DNA of 64,000 nt from Heterodontus francisci (lineage: Eukaryota). The position numbers and the translations under genes are program-made. This document shows positions 1 to 12,880 of this stretch, piece after piece (the stretch's first letter is position 1; each line of letters opens with the position of its first letter). The stretch is from assembly GCF_036365525.1 (NCBI RefSeq), contig NC_090417.1:13927344-13991343 (forward strand). The letters run 5' to 3'. The notes below the pieces were generated by a model. That model worked only from the letters and a program-made list of their open reading frames with translations, was not told where the DNA came from and ran no database searches.

Positions 1-239
1 CAGCTGATAGACAGCCTGCTCTCACACTCCGAGCTAGTTTCTGCCCGCTTCTCACTGACATGTGCGCAATTTATGATCCAAAATATCACTTCCCTGTCCC
101 AGCTCCTTTCAGTTGGGTTTTTCTGAGGGATTCCGCTCCTTGTCATTGAAGTGGGGGAGAAGGATCTCAAGAAGTGGCAAGAAGATCTGTGCAGAGATTC
201 CCTGGTCACTCAGTTGTTGAGGAAGAAACCCTGTATTTC

Positions 240-525
240 TTTTGCACCTTCCACACCCTTGGGATGTCCCAAAGCACTTTGCAGCCAATGAAGTATTTTT
301 GAAGTATCATCACTGTTGTAATGTAGGAAGCACGGCAGCCAATTTGCACACAGCAAGCTCCCACAAACTGCAATGAAATATGACCAGATAATTTGCATCT
401 TAGTGATGTTGGATGAGGGATAAATATTGACCAAAAGAATTCTCTGCTCTTTGTTGAGATCGTGCCCTGGGATCTTTTCCAACCGCCTGAGAGAGCAGAC
501 AGGGCCTCAGTTTAACGTCTCATGT
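240..525 (-). mobile_element. Deu-domain tRNA-derived SINE (SacSINE1/AmnSINE1-like)
   Basis: Core ttgcagtttgtgggagcttgctgtgtgcaaattggctgcc on the minus strand, with more than 10 diverged copies in the window. Confidence 0.75.
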
Positions 526-654
526 TCGTGTGGAACAGAGGCCCACTGCTCCAGCCTCGGCAGACCTCCCACTCGATCATTCTGCTGATCCCATTTCCCA
601 CTTCCACCAGCCTTGTGAGCTTTGATTGAACTCAATACCAGTGCAGAATTGATA

Positions 655-1830
655 TGAACATACAAACATACCAATTAGGAGACGGAGTCGGCCACTCAGC
701 CCCTCGCGCCTGCTCCGCCATTCATTAAGTTCATGGCTGAATTGATTACTCCACATTTCCATCTACCCCTGATAACCTTTCACCCCCTTGCTTATCAAGA
801 ATCTATCTACCTCTGCCTTAAAAATATTCACAGACTCTGCTTCCACCTCCTTTTGAGGAAGAGAATTCCAAAGACTCACGATCCTCAGAGAGAAAAGATT
901 TCTCCTCATCTCTGTCTTAAATGGGCGACCACTTATTTTTAAACAGTGACCCCTAGTTCTAGATTCTCCCACAAGACGAAACCTCCTTTCCACATCCACT
1001 CTGTAAAGACCCCTCAGGATCTTATATGTTTCAATCAAGTTGCCTCTTACTCATCTAAATTCCAGCGGATACAAGCCTAGCCTGTCCAACCTTTCCTCAT
1101 AAGTCAACCCGCCTATTCCAGGTATTAGTCCAGTAAACCTTTTCTGTACTGCCTCCAAAGCATTTACACCCTTCTTCAAATAAAGAGACCAATACTATAC
1201 ACAGTACTTCAGATGTGGTCTCACCAATGCCCTGTATAGCTGAAGCGTAACCTCCCTACTTTTGTATTCAATTCCCCTCGCGATAAACAATAACATTCTA
1301 TTAGCTTTCCTAATTGCGTGCTGTACCTGCATACTAACCTCGTGCGATTCATGCACTAGGACACCCAGATCCCTCTGCATCTCACAGCTCTGCAATCTCT
1401 CACCATTTAGATAATATGCTTCTTTTTTATTCTACCTGCCAAAGTGGACAATTTCCCACTTTCCCACATTATAGTCCATTTGCCAAGTTTTTTCACACTC
1501 ACGTAACCTATCTGTATCCCTTTGTAGCCTCCTTCTGTCCCCTTCACAACTTACTTTCCTACCTATCTTTGTGTCATCAGCAAATTTAGCAACCGTACCT
1601 TCGGTCATTTATATAAATTGTAAAAAGTTGAGGCCCCAGCACTGATCCCTGTGGCACACCACTCGTTACATCTTGCCAACCAGAAAATGACCCATTTATG
1701 CCTGCTCTCTGTTTCCTGTTAGCAAGCCAATCTTCTATCCATGACAATATGTTACCCCCTACACCATGAGCTTTTATTTTCTGCAATAACCTTTGATGTG
1801 GCACCTTACCAAATGCCTTCTGGAAATCTA
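655..1830 (-). mobile_element. 5'-truncated CR1 LINE (RT C-terminal half and 3' tail), degraded
   Basis: Fragments translate to [27 protein letters not shown] and SLWNSLP. CR1 3' tail gagtggccgactccgtctcct. Confidence 0.92.
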
Positions 1831-1934
1831 TGATGATCTATGAATGGCTTTTTCTCTGCCGCTTTAGCTGAATGACCTGTTTCAGAGCTGTAAGCACTTT
1901 GCAATGACCACATTGTGTGTTTTTCTTTTGTGAA

Positions 1935-2870
1935 CCATAGAAAAATTACAGCGCAGAAGGAGGCCATTCAGCCCATTGTGTCTGTGCTGGCTGAAAAACT
2001 AACCATCCATTCTCATCCCACCTTCCAGCACCTGGTCCATAGCCTTGTAGGTTACAGCACTTCAGGTGCATGTCAGGGGTTTCTGCCTCCACCACTGATC
2101 CAGGCAGTGAATTCCAGACACCCACCACCCTTTGCATGAAAAAGTTTTTCCTCATGTCCCCTCTAATCCCTCTACCAATCACCTTAAATCTGTGCCCCCT
2201 GGTAATTCACCTCTCCGCTAAGGGAAACAGGTCCTTCCTGTCTACTCTATCTAGGTCCCTCATAATTTTGTACACCTCAATTAAGTCACCCCTCGGCCTC
2301 CTCTGTTCTAAGGAAAACAACCCGAGCTGATCCAATCTTTCCTCATAGCTGCAACTTTCAAACCCTGGCAACATTCTTGTAAATCTCATTTGTACTCTCT
2401 CCAGAGCAATTATGTCCTTCCTGTAATGTGATGACCAGAACTGTACGCAATACTCCAACTGTGGCTGAACCAGCGTTTTATACAGTTCCAGCATTACATC
2501 CCTGCTTTTGTATTCTATACCTCAGCCAATAAAGGAAAGCATTCTATATGCCTTCTTCATCACTCTATCTACCTGTCCTGTCACCTTCAGGGACCTGTGG
2601 ACATGCACTCCAAGGTCTATCACTTTTTCCACCCCTCTCAGTATCCTCCCGTTTATTGTGTATTCCCTCACTTTATTTGCCCTCCCCAAATGCATTACCT
2701 CACACTTCTCCGGATTAAATTCCATTTGCTACTTTTCCGCCCCCTCTACCAAACTAGTGATATCATTCTGGAGTCTACAGACATCTTCTTCACTATCAAC
2801 TACACGGCTAATTGTTGTGTCATCTGCAGATTTCCCAATCATGCCTCCACATTTAAGTCTAAATCATGAA
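1935..2870 (-). mobile_element. 5'-truncated CR1 LINE
   Basis: MEFNPEKCEVMHLG, PQLEYCVQFWS and GVWNSLP motifs. Near-identical to the copy at 19155-20285. Confidence 0.92.
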
Positions 2871-3221
2871 TATATGTATTTCTGAAGGTGATATTGGCCA
2901 GCACACTGTGGAGAACCTGCCTGCTGTGAAGGTTTTTCACACTAAGGCTTGAAATATACATGGCTGAATCACATTGAATTATGAATTAAAGCTAACCAAG
3001 TGCAATTTATTGAATTCATTGAAGATTTTGACAGGAAGTGGATGAGTTTACAGCGCAACATTAGGTAGCTATTGGTACAATAGATCACATCTCTGATTTT
3101 CATTGGAAATTCTGCTTGTGATCCAAGGCTTCATCGACAAGGCTGAGATTCTCTGCAGGCAAGAGGTAAAGCACCTTCCAGGACTTGTGTCTCCGAGTTC
3201 AGGCTCATTTCTGCAAACAGT

Positions 3222-6200
3222 TCACATGTCACAAAGGACGTCAGGATTTTCTTTACTGTAGGCCTTGTATTTGCAAAGCCTCTTGTCAAAGACTGCCTCG
3301 CAATTACTTGGGACATCTGGCATTTGGACATATCTAGCAGAAGCGAAAAAGAGACAATGGGATTAGTGATGACAATTTGCATTCAGATTCCTTCCCCCTC
3401 CATTGTTAGTCAAACAGCATCAGTTTTATTCTTGCTACTTGAAACTGTTGGTAGCCAAGGTTGAAGATCCTGAACACACAAGCTGGGCTCGTGCTGCACT
3501 GCACTAAGGCAGTGACCAAAAAAAGAGACTTGCATTTCGATAGCGCCTTTCACGAACGTCACAATGTCCCAAAGCATTCTACATGCAATGAGGTATTTTG
3601 AAGTGTAGTCACTGTTGTAATGTTGGAAGTGCAGAAGCCAATTTGTGCAGAGCAAGCTCCCGCAAACAGCAATTGGATTCTCAGTTTTAGTGATGTTGGT
3701 TGAGGGATAAATCATCCTCAGGAGGCTGTGATGTTGATGCACTTTTACACCAGGCTACAGATGGGTTGACAAAGTCCCGTCTCAATTCAGCAAACTATTT
3801 CAACACATCTCCCAACAGCCGGAATTCTCTGAGACGTTTTTGCTCAGCTGATGGTGTGTCTAATGGTGCGTCTGACCTACGGTGTGAAGAGATTCTACAC
3901 TCTGGTAGAATACGGCTATGCTAATGTGACAATGCTAGTCACCAGGGGTGGTGCAGCGGTTAGCACCGCAGCCTCACAGCTCCAGCGACCCGGGTTCAAT
4001 TCTGGGTACTGCCTGTGCGGAGTTTGCAAGTTCCCCCTGTGACTGCATGGGTTTCCGCCGGGTGCTCTGGTTTCCTCCCACAGCCAAAGACTTGCAGGTT
4101 GATAGGTAAATTGGCCGTTGTAAATTGTGGGTGGTAGGAGAATTGAGGGAAGGTGGTGAAGTGGTAGGAAATATGGGATTAATGTAGGATTAGTATAAAT
4201 GGGTGGTTGATGGTCGGCACAGACTCGGTGGGCCGATGGGCCTGTTTCAGTGCTGTATGACTCTATGACCTACAGCAAAGAGTTATGTGAGGCTCTACAG
4301 TTTGGCTTGCCTCTCAACTTCAGTCCCTTACCCACACCATCCCTGTTGGAAGCACACCTCCCAGGTCAACCTCAAAGCACACAATTGCAAACCTGGGAAA
4401 GAACGTGCACATCTCGTTGTGGTCTAACTTACTCTGTGCAGCAGATTGCAGTCACCTTTCCACAGTAACAGGTATAGCAGTCTTCACTCTTCCACATTGC
4501 TCCAACCTTGTAGGACATTCCTTTATCCAAACACTCTGCAAGGAAGAAATCTCAGTGTCAAGCACTTCTCCTTCACTGCTCACACTTTTCCAGAACCTTC
4601 AGACAATTTAGGTGTCTGGCAGAACCCTTTGCAGAGCTGAAAAGTTAATCGGGGATTGATGCCTTGGATTCTGATGTCTCATACACCCATTATCCCTGTG
4701 CTCACTGACCTACGTTTGCCCCCACTTAACCAACACCACCATTTTAAAATTCCCATCCTTATTTCACATCCCTCCATGGCCTCTCCCCTCCCTATCTCTG
4801 GAATCTCCTCCAGCCCCACAACTCTCCGAGATATCTGCGTTTCTCCAATTCTGGCCTCTTGAACATCCCCAGTTTTAATCACTGCCCTAAGTTCTGCAAT
4901 TCCCTCCATACACCTCTCCGTCTCTCTCTACCTTTCCTCGCTTAACAACCTTCTTAAAACCTAGTATGGTTCATCTCCTTATGTGGCTTGACTGTCAGAT
5001 TTAGTTTGATAACTCTCCTGTGAAGTGCCTTGAGAGGTTAAAGGCGCTGTACAAATGCAAGTTATTGTTGTTGTCTTGACATCCAATGTGTTCCGGATTT
5101 TAAAAACACCACCCAGACTTTTCTCTTGATAAACCTGCGCATTAGAAAGGCCAGTCGTTCCCACCAGTCTGGCGGTGGCTGAGTGACCTAGTTAAGAATA
5201 TAACCTGATATACATAGTCTTCGAGAAGTCTCAGTGCCTGCTGCTGTGTCTTTGTGCTACTCTCCTGTAGCCCCAGAGCCTGCTTGCAGATGGAATATTT
5301 ATTGTAAAGACACTGCTGCTCTCTAGTGTCAAGAGCTGAGATATTGCAGAAACCAACTCTTAATTCTCTGATCCAACAGCACTGAAATGAGGGAAGACTT
5401 GGTGAGTTAGTCAGCATCATGCAGAGTGAGAACACTGCTGGTTAATGTTTAATGAGTGAGCCCTTTGTCACGACTGAGTGCTTCCAGCTATTCTGTTTTG
5501 TTTTGCATTTCCAGAATTCCCACTTTGCTTCCTCATTCTCTGCTTCTGTTCAATCCAAGCCAAGTGCAAACTGTATTTAATAAATGTCACATGAGGATTA
5601 CATCGAATTTGCAGCACAGAAACATAAGAACATAAGAAACAGGAGCAGCAGCAGACCCTTCGATCTCTCAAGACTGCTTCGCTATTCAATAAAATCATGG
5701 CTGACCTTTGATCTCAACTCCACTTTAAGCCCGCTCCCTATATCCCTTCATTCCCTGAGAGAAAAAAATCAATCTTAAATATGCTCAATGATGGAATATC
5801 TACAACCCTCTGGGGTAGAGAATTCCAAAGATTCACATCCCTTTGAGTGAAGACATTTTTCCCATCTCAGTCCGAAATGATTATCCCCTTATCCTGAGAC
5901 TGTGTCCCTGTGTTTTCGATTCCCCAGCCAGGGGAAACAACCTGTCAAGCCCCTTCAGAATCTTTCATGTTTCAATCAGATCACCTCTCATTCTTCGAAA
6001 CTCCAATGAGTATCGGTCCAATTTACTCAGTCTCTCATCACAGGATAGCCCTCTGATCCCGAGGAGCAATCTTGTGAATCTTTGCTCTGCACTGCCTCCA
6101 ATGCAAGTATATCCTTCCTTCAATATGGAGACCAAAACCGCACACAGTACTCCAGATGCGGTCTCACCAAAGCCCTGTCTAATTGCAGCAAGACTTCCTT

Positions 6201-9200
6201 ATTCCTGTGCTCCAATCCTCTTGCATTAAAGGCCAACATGCCATTTCATTCCAAATTGTTTGCTGTCCCTGCATGCTAATGTTTTGTGTCGATTTGGCCC
6301 AACAGGCTTGTGCTGGTTCTGTGCTCGTCCACTCTATCAACTTTCTCCCTCACACATATTCATTTCGCATCCCCTTAAGAGGATTGGAACTTGCAGGCTG
6401 AAATATCATTGAGTGTTCTTCTGCTAGGGCCTGTTGTGCAGTGTTGGGCATGTTATTAAACAGTGTAACACATGGTATCCCCTTCAATTCAGCAATAACA
6501 TCAAGTCCAGTATTGCTGCCGTTCAGGCTGCTCCTCATTGGTGACAAGTCATTGAAGATGAAACACTTTCATTTCCTGGAGCTTCACAACTGGATCATTA
6601 AATAGAATTGAAGAATGGGAATATTGTGGATGAAATAAGTTAGCAAAATGCATTCATATCTCATCCTTTCGAAAGAAGAATTGTGTTTACAGGAAAAAGA
6701 TGGACTTGTAGTTTGATCACTTTTTGTTCGATCACTTGTAGTTCGATCACTTTTTCACAACCCATGATGTCCCAAAGTCATTCGAGTCAATGAAGTACTT
6801 TCTGAGGTGCAGTCACCGTTGTAATATCGGAAACGTGGCAGCAGCAAATTTGCGCACAGCAAGCTCCCACAAGCAGCAACGTGATAATGACCAGGTAATT
6901 TCTTTGTGGGTGCTATTGGTTGAGTGATAAATATTGGTCATGACACCAGGGATAACTTCTGTCACTACTCTTCCAAATAGTGCTGTCGGATCTTTCACGT
7001 TCACCTGAGAGGGGGTGTCATCGAGGTGAAGAGACTTGAACCCATAATCCAGACTGTTGCTGCCGGTGCAGTATTGAGGGAGTGCTGCATTGTCAGAGAT
7101 TCTGTCTTTGGTCCACTCTCCCAGGTGGATCTAGTCGATCCCAGGACACTGTTTTGAAGACGAGGAAGAGAAGGGCAGTCTCCCCAGTGTCCGGGGCCAA
7201 TATTAATCCCTCAACTCACATCACTAAAAACAAGACTATCTGCTCGTTATCACATCGCTGTTTGTGGGAGCTTGCTGTGCACAAATTGGCTGCTGCATTT
7301 CCTGCTATTGCAATCATGACTGCACTGCAGAAAAAGAATGTGCTTCCTTGTCTATGAAGTGTTTTGGGAAGTGCTGAGGTTGTGAAAGGGTCTATCTTCA
7401 TTTCTTACACACCAGTCAGTGGCTAGTCTGACAGTTCATCATGTCATCAGCGCTTTCTCTCTGTTCTGTATTCCCCTCTCTCTCTCTCTCTCTCAAGTAT
7501 TGTGCTGAGATCCTTGGGGAAATGCTACACCAGTCAGAAAGGCTAGAGGCTGTGGGGTGGCTGTGTCAGAGATCATTTGATAAAAGCACTGACTTACCTG
7601 CCTCAGTCTTCATCACAAATTTGCAGTCGGAGTCACCCATGTCAACGGTCAACAGAAGCATTATGATGCACACAAGGGCTTTCTGCTAAAAAAAAGAAGA
7701 GGAAAGATTGAGACGTGGAGCTTGTTTGGGGGAATCTGTTGCAAGAGGCTGGTGTTCTTTCTGCTGTTAATCTTTCTTGATACAGCCAGAGCTCAGTGGT
7801 TCACACTCCTGCCCGTTAGTCAGAAGCTTGTGGGTTCAAATCCCCAGTCCAGAGACTTGAGTGCAAATATCCAGTGCAGTACTGGGGGTGTGCTGCACTG
7901 TCAAAGATGCCATCCTGCAGGTAAGACATTCTTCCAAAGCCCTGACTGCCCTGAAAGATCCCATTGGAGTGTTTCAAGGTGGAGCAGCGGAGTTATCTCC
8001 AATGTTTTGAACAATATTTATCCCTCAAACAGCATAAGTGGAACATATCACCCCAGTCACTATCACAGTGCTGGTTGTGGGATCCTGCTGTGCACAGATT
8101 GGCTGCGGCGTTTTGTGCATTACGACACTTCACAAGTATTTCATTGGCTGTGAAGTGAATTTGAACATCCTGAGGATAAGCAAGGTGCTCTAGAAATACA
8201 AGTCTTGCTTTGTTTTTCTCTCCATCGTTCTCTCTCTCTCTCTCTCTACAACTGGCACTTCATCGAGGGAGAGGAGAGGGTGAGACTGATCAGCAGTTGA
8301 GGTTCGTGTGGAGGGCGGGGGTGGGGTCTGCTGACCACACAGATAGTTGGAGAATGGGAAGGTATTTAGTCACAGAGTTGTGCAGTACTGGTACACTGGT
8401 CTCTGCTGGTAAGAGTGTGAGCTGGCAGTGGAGAGAGGGTCAGCTGGTTTCGAGGATAGGAGGAGTTGATGGATGGAGGGAGGGAGGCATTAACGTGTGA
8501 GAGCTGAATGAGTTTGCAGAGGATAGTGTGTGCCTCTGGAGCTGTGACCCAGCAGCAACTACGTTATTCAGTGAAGGAAGTGGAGAGATCCTTTTTAAAA
8601 TATCAAGCTTTCATTGCCTTGCGTTCTATCACCTAAGGACTCCTGTGTGGTCGTGCTCGATGGAGAGAACTCTCGAATTACCTCTTGCAGTCGGATGTGG
8701 TTTGCCTCGGGTAAAGTCTTCAATTCTCAGTCTCTATCCCTTGTCCTACAGCCAGTTGCAAAGGAGGGCAGTTGAACCCACAACCTCAGACCCCCTTCCA
8801 GATGAATCCAGCTCACAGCCTGAGCTGTGTGAGCACAGTGCCAGGAGATGTATCACATTGAATCGACAGCACAGAAACAGGCCATTCAGCCCAACTGGTC
8901 TTTGCCAGAATTTATACTCCACACCATCCTCCCAGTCCTCTTCACCTCACTACATAATCATCTCCTTTTCTTTTCTTTTCTCCCTCATGTGTTTATCCAG
9001 CTTCCCTTTAAATGCAAGGATACCATTCCCCTCAACCACTCCCTGTGGTAGTGTGTTCCACATTTTCACCACTCTCTGGGGAAAGAAGTTTCTCTTGAAT
9101 TCCCTTTTGGGAGAGGGGTGGTTTGCCTTGCAAAGGAGCTAGAATGCCTCAGCTTCCCATCTTTAAAGCCTGGCTGATGTCCCCAGCAACGAAAGTTGCC

Positions 9201-10143
9201 CATTTTTCCACTTGCTACCCTGATACAGTCACTGCAGCACCAGTTTCCGACTGATGGTTCTGTTGTTCTCTTCACTGAGGGCACAGTGTTGCAGGGGCAC
9301 TGAGATGAAATGTGTTGCTTTGCTCCTGTCTGTTGCTGCGTCGAGAATCTGTAAAGGGGAATGATGCTGTGAAAGTCACGTCTTCTAAATGAATGGTGCA
9401 AGAGGTGTGAGGGGGCTGACTGGTTTACTCCACAGCCGATGTTCCTCTGTGTTTGTTTGGTCTGCTGACACCTTTGTTAGTCTGGCTTTGAGAGATTCTG
9501 TCATCTGGAGTAGTTTGAACATGAATCTTTATTACAGTATCACCATGTACCTCTTCACACTAGTCTGAGTGACTCTTCCAAAGCCACGGAACCTTCACCT
9601 TCAAGTCTCTCTCACATGTGATCCCATAAATCATCATGGTTGGAGGTATTCTTTACACACTCTCAACATTAACCCTTTCAGACCCTCATACTCCAATCGG
9701 ATAAGGCCGAACCCTATCCTCACCACCCTGCGCCTACAGTCCTTGAAGCAAGGGGCAGGGGACAATGAGAATCTGTGTGGTTTTCTCTCTGTGCAGTCTG
9801 GAGCTATTGAGGCACCCTGCTTACTGATCGAGTTTACTGCAGCCTATTGATAGGAGACTTGGACCTTTCTGCTTCAATCACGAGGTTTGGGAATTGGCTG
9901 ACTCAGCTACAGAGTCATTGACTTAAACAACAAGATCTTGACATCGTACAACACTGAAGGAGGCCATTCGGCCTCTCGTGTTTGTGCTGCCTCTCTGAAA
10001 CAGCCACAATGGTTTGGCTCTGATTTCAAGCGAATGTCTCTTTGTCTAAGAAAGATGCACTGAGTTCAAAACAGTCCCGAAAATCCACCAAACATTTACA
10101 CGTCAGGAAGTGTGAAGTGGGAACTTATACTGACCTGTGCCAT
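3222..10143 (-). CDS. Beta-microseminoprotein/PSP94-family secreted protein, paralog A; complement(join(3222..3333,4433..4535,7598..7682,10135..10143)); first exon tentative
   Basis: Three exons with canonical AG/GT ends and intron phases 0,1,2 splice in frame to KALVCIIMLLLTVDMGDS-DCKFVMKTEAECLDKGMSYKVGAMWKSEDCYTCYCGKVTAICCTEYVQMPDVPSNCEAVFDKRLCKYKAYSKENPDVLCDM*. This is a signal peptide plus 10 Cys in PSP94 spacing (C..C..W..CxxCxC..CC..C..C..C). AATAAA lies at 3006-3011 (-). The start exon aatcATG GCA CAG|gtcagt is the best candidate but unproven. MSMB versus MSMP assignment is uncertain. Confidence 0.88.
3525..3720 (-). mobile_element. Deu-domain SINE fragment
   Basis: Same core and 3' tail as the copy at 240-525. 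Confidence 0.7.
3943..4268 (+). mobile_element. HE1-like V-SINE (tRNA head, V domain, CR1-type tail)
   Basis: A box ggtgcagcggttagc, B box gggttcaattc, V core gggtttccgccgggtgctctggtttcctcccaca, and tail tgggccgatgggcctgtttcagtgctgtatgactctatgac shared with CR1 3' ends. Confidence 0.85.
4675..5070 (+). mobile_element. L2-type LINE 3' fragment
   Basis: Translates HTPIIPVLTDLR (degenerate HITPVLxxLHWLP motif). Tail aaaggcgctgtacaaatgcaagttattgttgtt. Confidence 0.7.
5620..6285 (-). mobile_element. CR1 LINE 3' fragment
   Basis: (aacataag)n tail, ctttggtgagaccgcatctggagtactgtgtg (RPHLEYC). Confidence 0.85.
6740..7400. mobile_element. Two Deu-domain SINEs in inverted orientation (minus ~6740-7010, plus ~7060-7400) in intron 2 of paralog A
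   Basis: gcacagcaagctcccacaagcagcaa at ~6853 and its complement ctgtttgtgggagcttgctgtgcac at ~7258. Confidence 0.75.
7790..8205 (+). mobile_element. Near full-length Deu-domain SINE
   Basis: tRNA head gctcagtggttcacactc...gggttcaaatccc, Deu core, tail ctagaaatacaagtct. Confidence 0.75.
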
Positions 10144-10419
10144 GATTGCTGCTCGCAAACCTTCAGGAAGATCCCTGTCGACGATGCCTGTTGCACTGTT
10201 CTTGACACTGGAGAAGGGATCTCAGCTAATCTGCATTGACTGCGAAGGTCCCAGTGACAACCTTCCTTCGATTTGACCGAGCAATATAAAGCTCTCTCAA
10301 TCAGCAGCTGCTGCACAAGAGATACAGCATGAAATCTGGAAAGAGCTCACCGTGTCTTTGCAGGAGGAGGACAGAGATCAGAGACTGCGGATACTGTTGG
10401 TGACTTTCCAGCCATTGTC

Positions 10420-10790
10420 ACAACTTGCTTTTATATAGTGCCTTTCACAATCTCAGAACCTCCCAAGGTGCTTTCCAGCCAATGGGGTACTGCTGAAGTG
10501 TGGTTACTGTTGTAACTTCGGCAAATGCTGAACTGTCTTGGCTACAGTGTAGTCACTGAATGGCAATGAAACAAGTGACAAGATAATCTGTTTTTTTTTT
10601 GTAATGTTGCTTTGAAGGGTGACTGTTGAAAGAACTCCCTTGTTGTCCTTTGAAATAGTGCTGAGGCTTCTTTAGCAGCCACCTGGTGCCTCAGTTTCCA
10701 GTCATACCTCTGGCAATGCATCACTGCACCCGGAGTGGTCTCGAGTCTCTGGCATGGCATTTAACTCCACCACATGAGGACTCGGGTCAG
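10420..10790 (-). mobile_element. Deu-domain SINE, degraded
   Basis: Tail cttgcttttatatagtgcctttcac and family body sequence. Confidence 0.6.
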
Positions 10791-12179
10791 AGTGTCAGGG
10801 CTGACATGGGGAGGAATGAAAAAGACATGGATTGGGAAATTCCTCAGGGAATTCCATCACATTTCGAATCCTAGAATCTCAGAACACAGAAGGAGGCCAT
10901 TTGTCCCATTGTGGGTATCCCATTGAAATGTGGAGACGATTGAAGGACGTGAAGTGTGACAAAGGGGAATTCACACATCATTTGTAAAACACACACTTCA
11001 GGCAATGTGAGAGGCCATGTCCGTATACGGTAAGACATTCTTTCCACTGACCTGCATTTGACACTTTCTTGATGCATGTCCCACTAACAAAAGACTCCAC
11101 ATTGGCTGAGCAGTCCAGCACAATGCCAGTCAATGCGCAGGTCTAGTCCTGGAACGTCATTGCCTCCAGGTCTTCCTGTGGGGTTGTTTGCTTTTTCAGG
11201 CAGTTTACCTGAGTTGCAATGGGGATTGGAGAATGTCAGAGCAAGACTATTGCTTCAAATTTCTGCCTCACACTGCCCAGCCAAACTTCGACTGAAAGGA
11301 ATGGTGGCTTATCACACCTATCAGAAATCTCCAAGAACGTCATGCACTTCAAAGTGCGCTAACCATTGCTTATGTTTCCAAATGAAACAGCCAGTTTTCA
11401 CTCAGCAAGATCCCACAAACGACCGTCAGATGCATGACCAGTGAATCTGGTTTTTTTTTTGGTAGCATTAATTGAGGAGGAAGGTTGCCTCAGCCAAGTG
11501 AATGAGGGGGACACGCCCTCAGTTTAGCACTTCTTCCACAAGGTGACATTTTGGCCAACATCCCACTGAAGTGTCAGTCAGCCCAGACGAGGTGGACACA
11601 TTGAGGCAAGAGTTGGACCAAACTGAAGCAAGCTGGCATTGCAAAACTCCTCGGCTATGGGAAGGTCGGAATGCAAGGATGACGGGATAACTCCAGGAGA
11701 CAGAGCCCACTTCAGACACTCTGTGACTTGGAACAGAGGGTGAGGAGGAGAAGAATTCTCAGATCTCGGAGACAAGTGCCCAGGGAGAGGGGAAAAACAG
11801 GGACAAGAGAAAAGCAGCAAATATTGAAACCCAAGCTGAAAGTCCTCCTGAATTCCACTTCATAATGAGAATGACAGGGGCAGGATTGTTATTCTTAGAA
11901 TATTTTGCGAGTCCCAGGCTGGGTGTTGGCCTGTAATTAAAGATCATTTTGGTTGGGGAAATTGCTAGGAATTTGTTAAAAGTGAAATAAGAAGTGCAAG
12001 TTTTTGGCTAACTCTTGCGTGCCTGAATCATTTCTCATGGAGTCATCTGTGGAATCTCAGTTGAGCAATGCAGTGTGAAAAAGCTGGTGAAATGGTCTCC
12101 CTCTATCCTTTGCCTTATGGTGCCGTTGTGATGGGGCAGGGGTGGGGATAAGAAGTTGGGATCTACATTAGAGTGTCAG

Positions 12180-12880
12180 CTTTAATGCACAGTCACCTCT
12201 GGGGCACACAGATCGAGCCTGAGGCCTCACTCTGTCCTTTCAGAGGAGACGTTTGAGGTCTGGGCTGCCTGATTAAGCTGGATGTACGTGATCCCAAGGC
12301 CCTGCATTTCTCCATTTCGAGCATCTCCGATTTCCAACACTCCACCATTGGTGACCGTACCTTCAGCTGCCTGGACCCGAACATCTCGCAGTTCCTCCCC
12401 AAAGCTCTCTGCCTCACTCCCCTCCTTTTAAAACACTTCTTCAAACCTATCCTTTGGGCCAAGCTTTTGCTCACCCCTGTGCTGACATCTCCTGAAGTTG
12501 GCTCAGTGCCAAATCATGTTTTCAAATGCCTTGTGGCGTGTTACCACATTCACAGCACGATATAGATGCAAGTTCTTGGTGTTTGTTGCAGCTGTTGGCG
12601 GGACTTTGCTGCAATTACACCAGAATAACTGTGCTTCAGAGTGATTTGCGATGTAACATTTCTCAGAGATATGAATAAAGTGTAAAGTGGATGCAGAGAA
12701 GATGTTTCCGATTTATGGGGCATCCATAAACGAGGGGGCCATCAATATAGACTGCTAAATCGACTAGGGAATTCAGGAGAAACCTCTTTTCCCAGAGACT
12801 GGTGGGAATGTGGAACTCACTGCCACAAGGAGTGGTTGAAGTGAATCGGAGATGTATTTAAGGAGAAGCTGGATGAACAC
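12180..12880 (+). mobile_element. Composite of degraded SINE, L2 3' and CR1 3' fragments
   Basis: L2 tail at ~12320-12580. CR1 WNSLP-coding gtggaactcactgccacaag at ~12810. Confidence 0.55.

Noticed and set aside
3943-4010. tRNA gene
   Set aside because: The A/B boxes are the head of a SINE, with no complete cloverleaf.
8528-9142. 204-aa ORF (also 14977-15516 and 48509-48865)
   Set aside because: No recognisable domain and partly overlapping repeat remnants, so likely chance ORFs.
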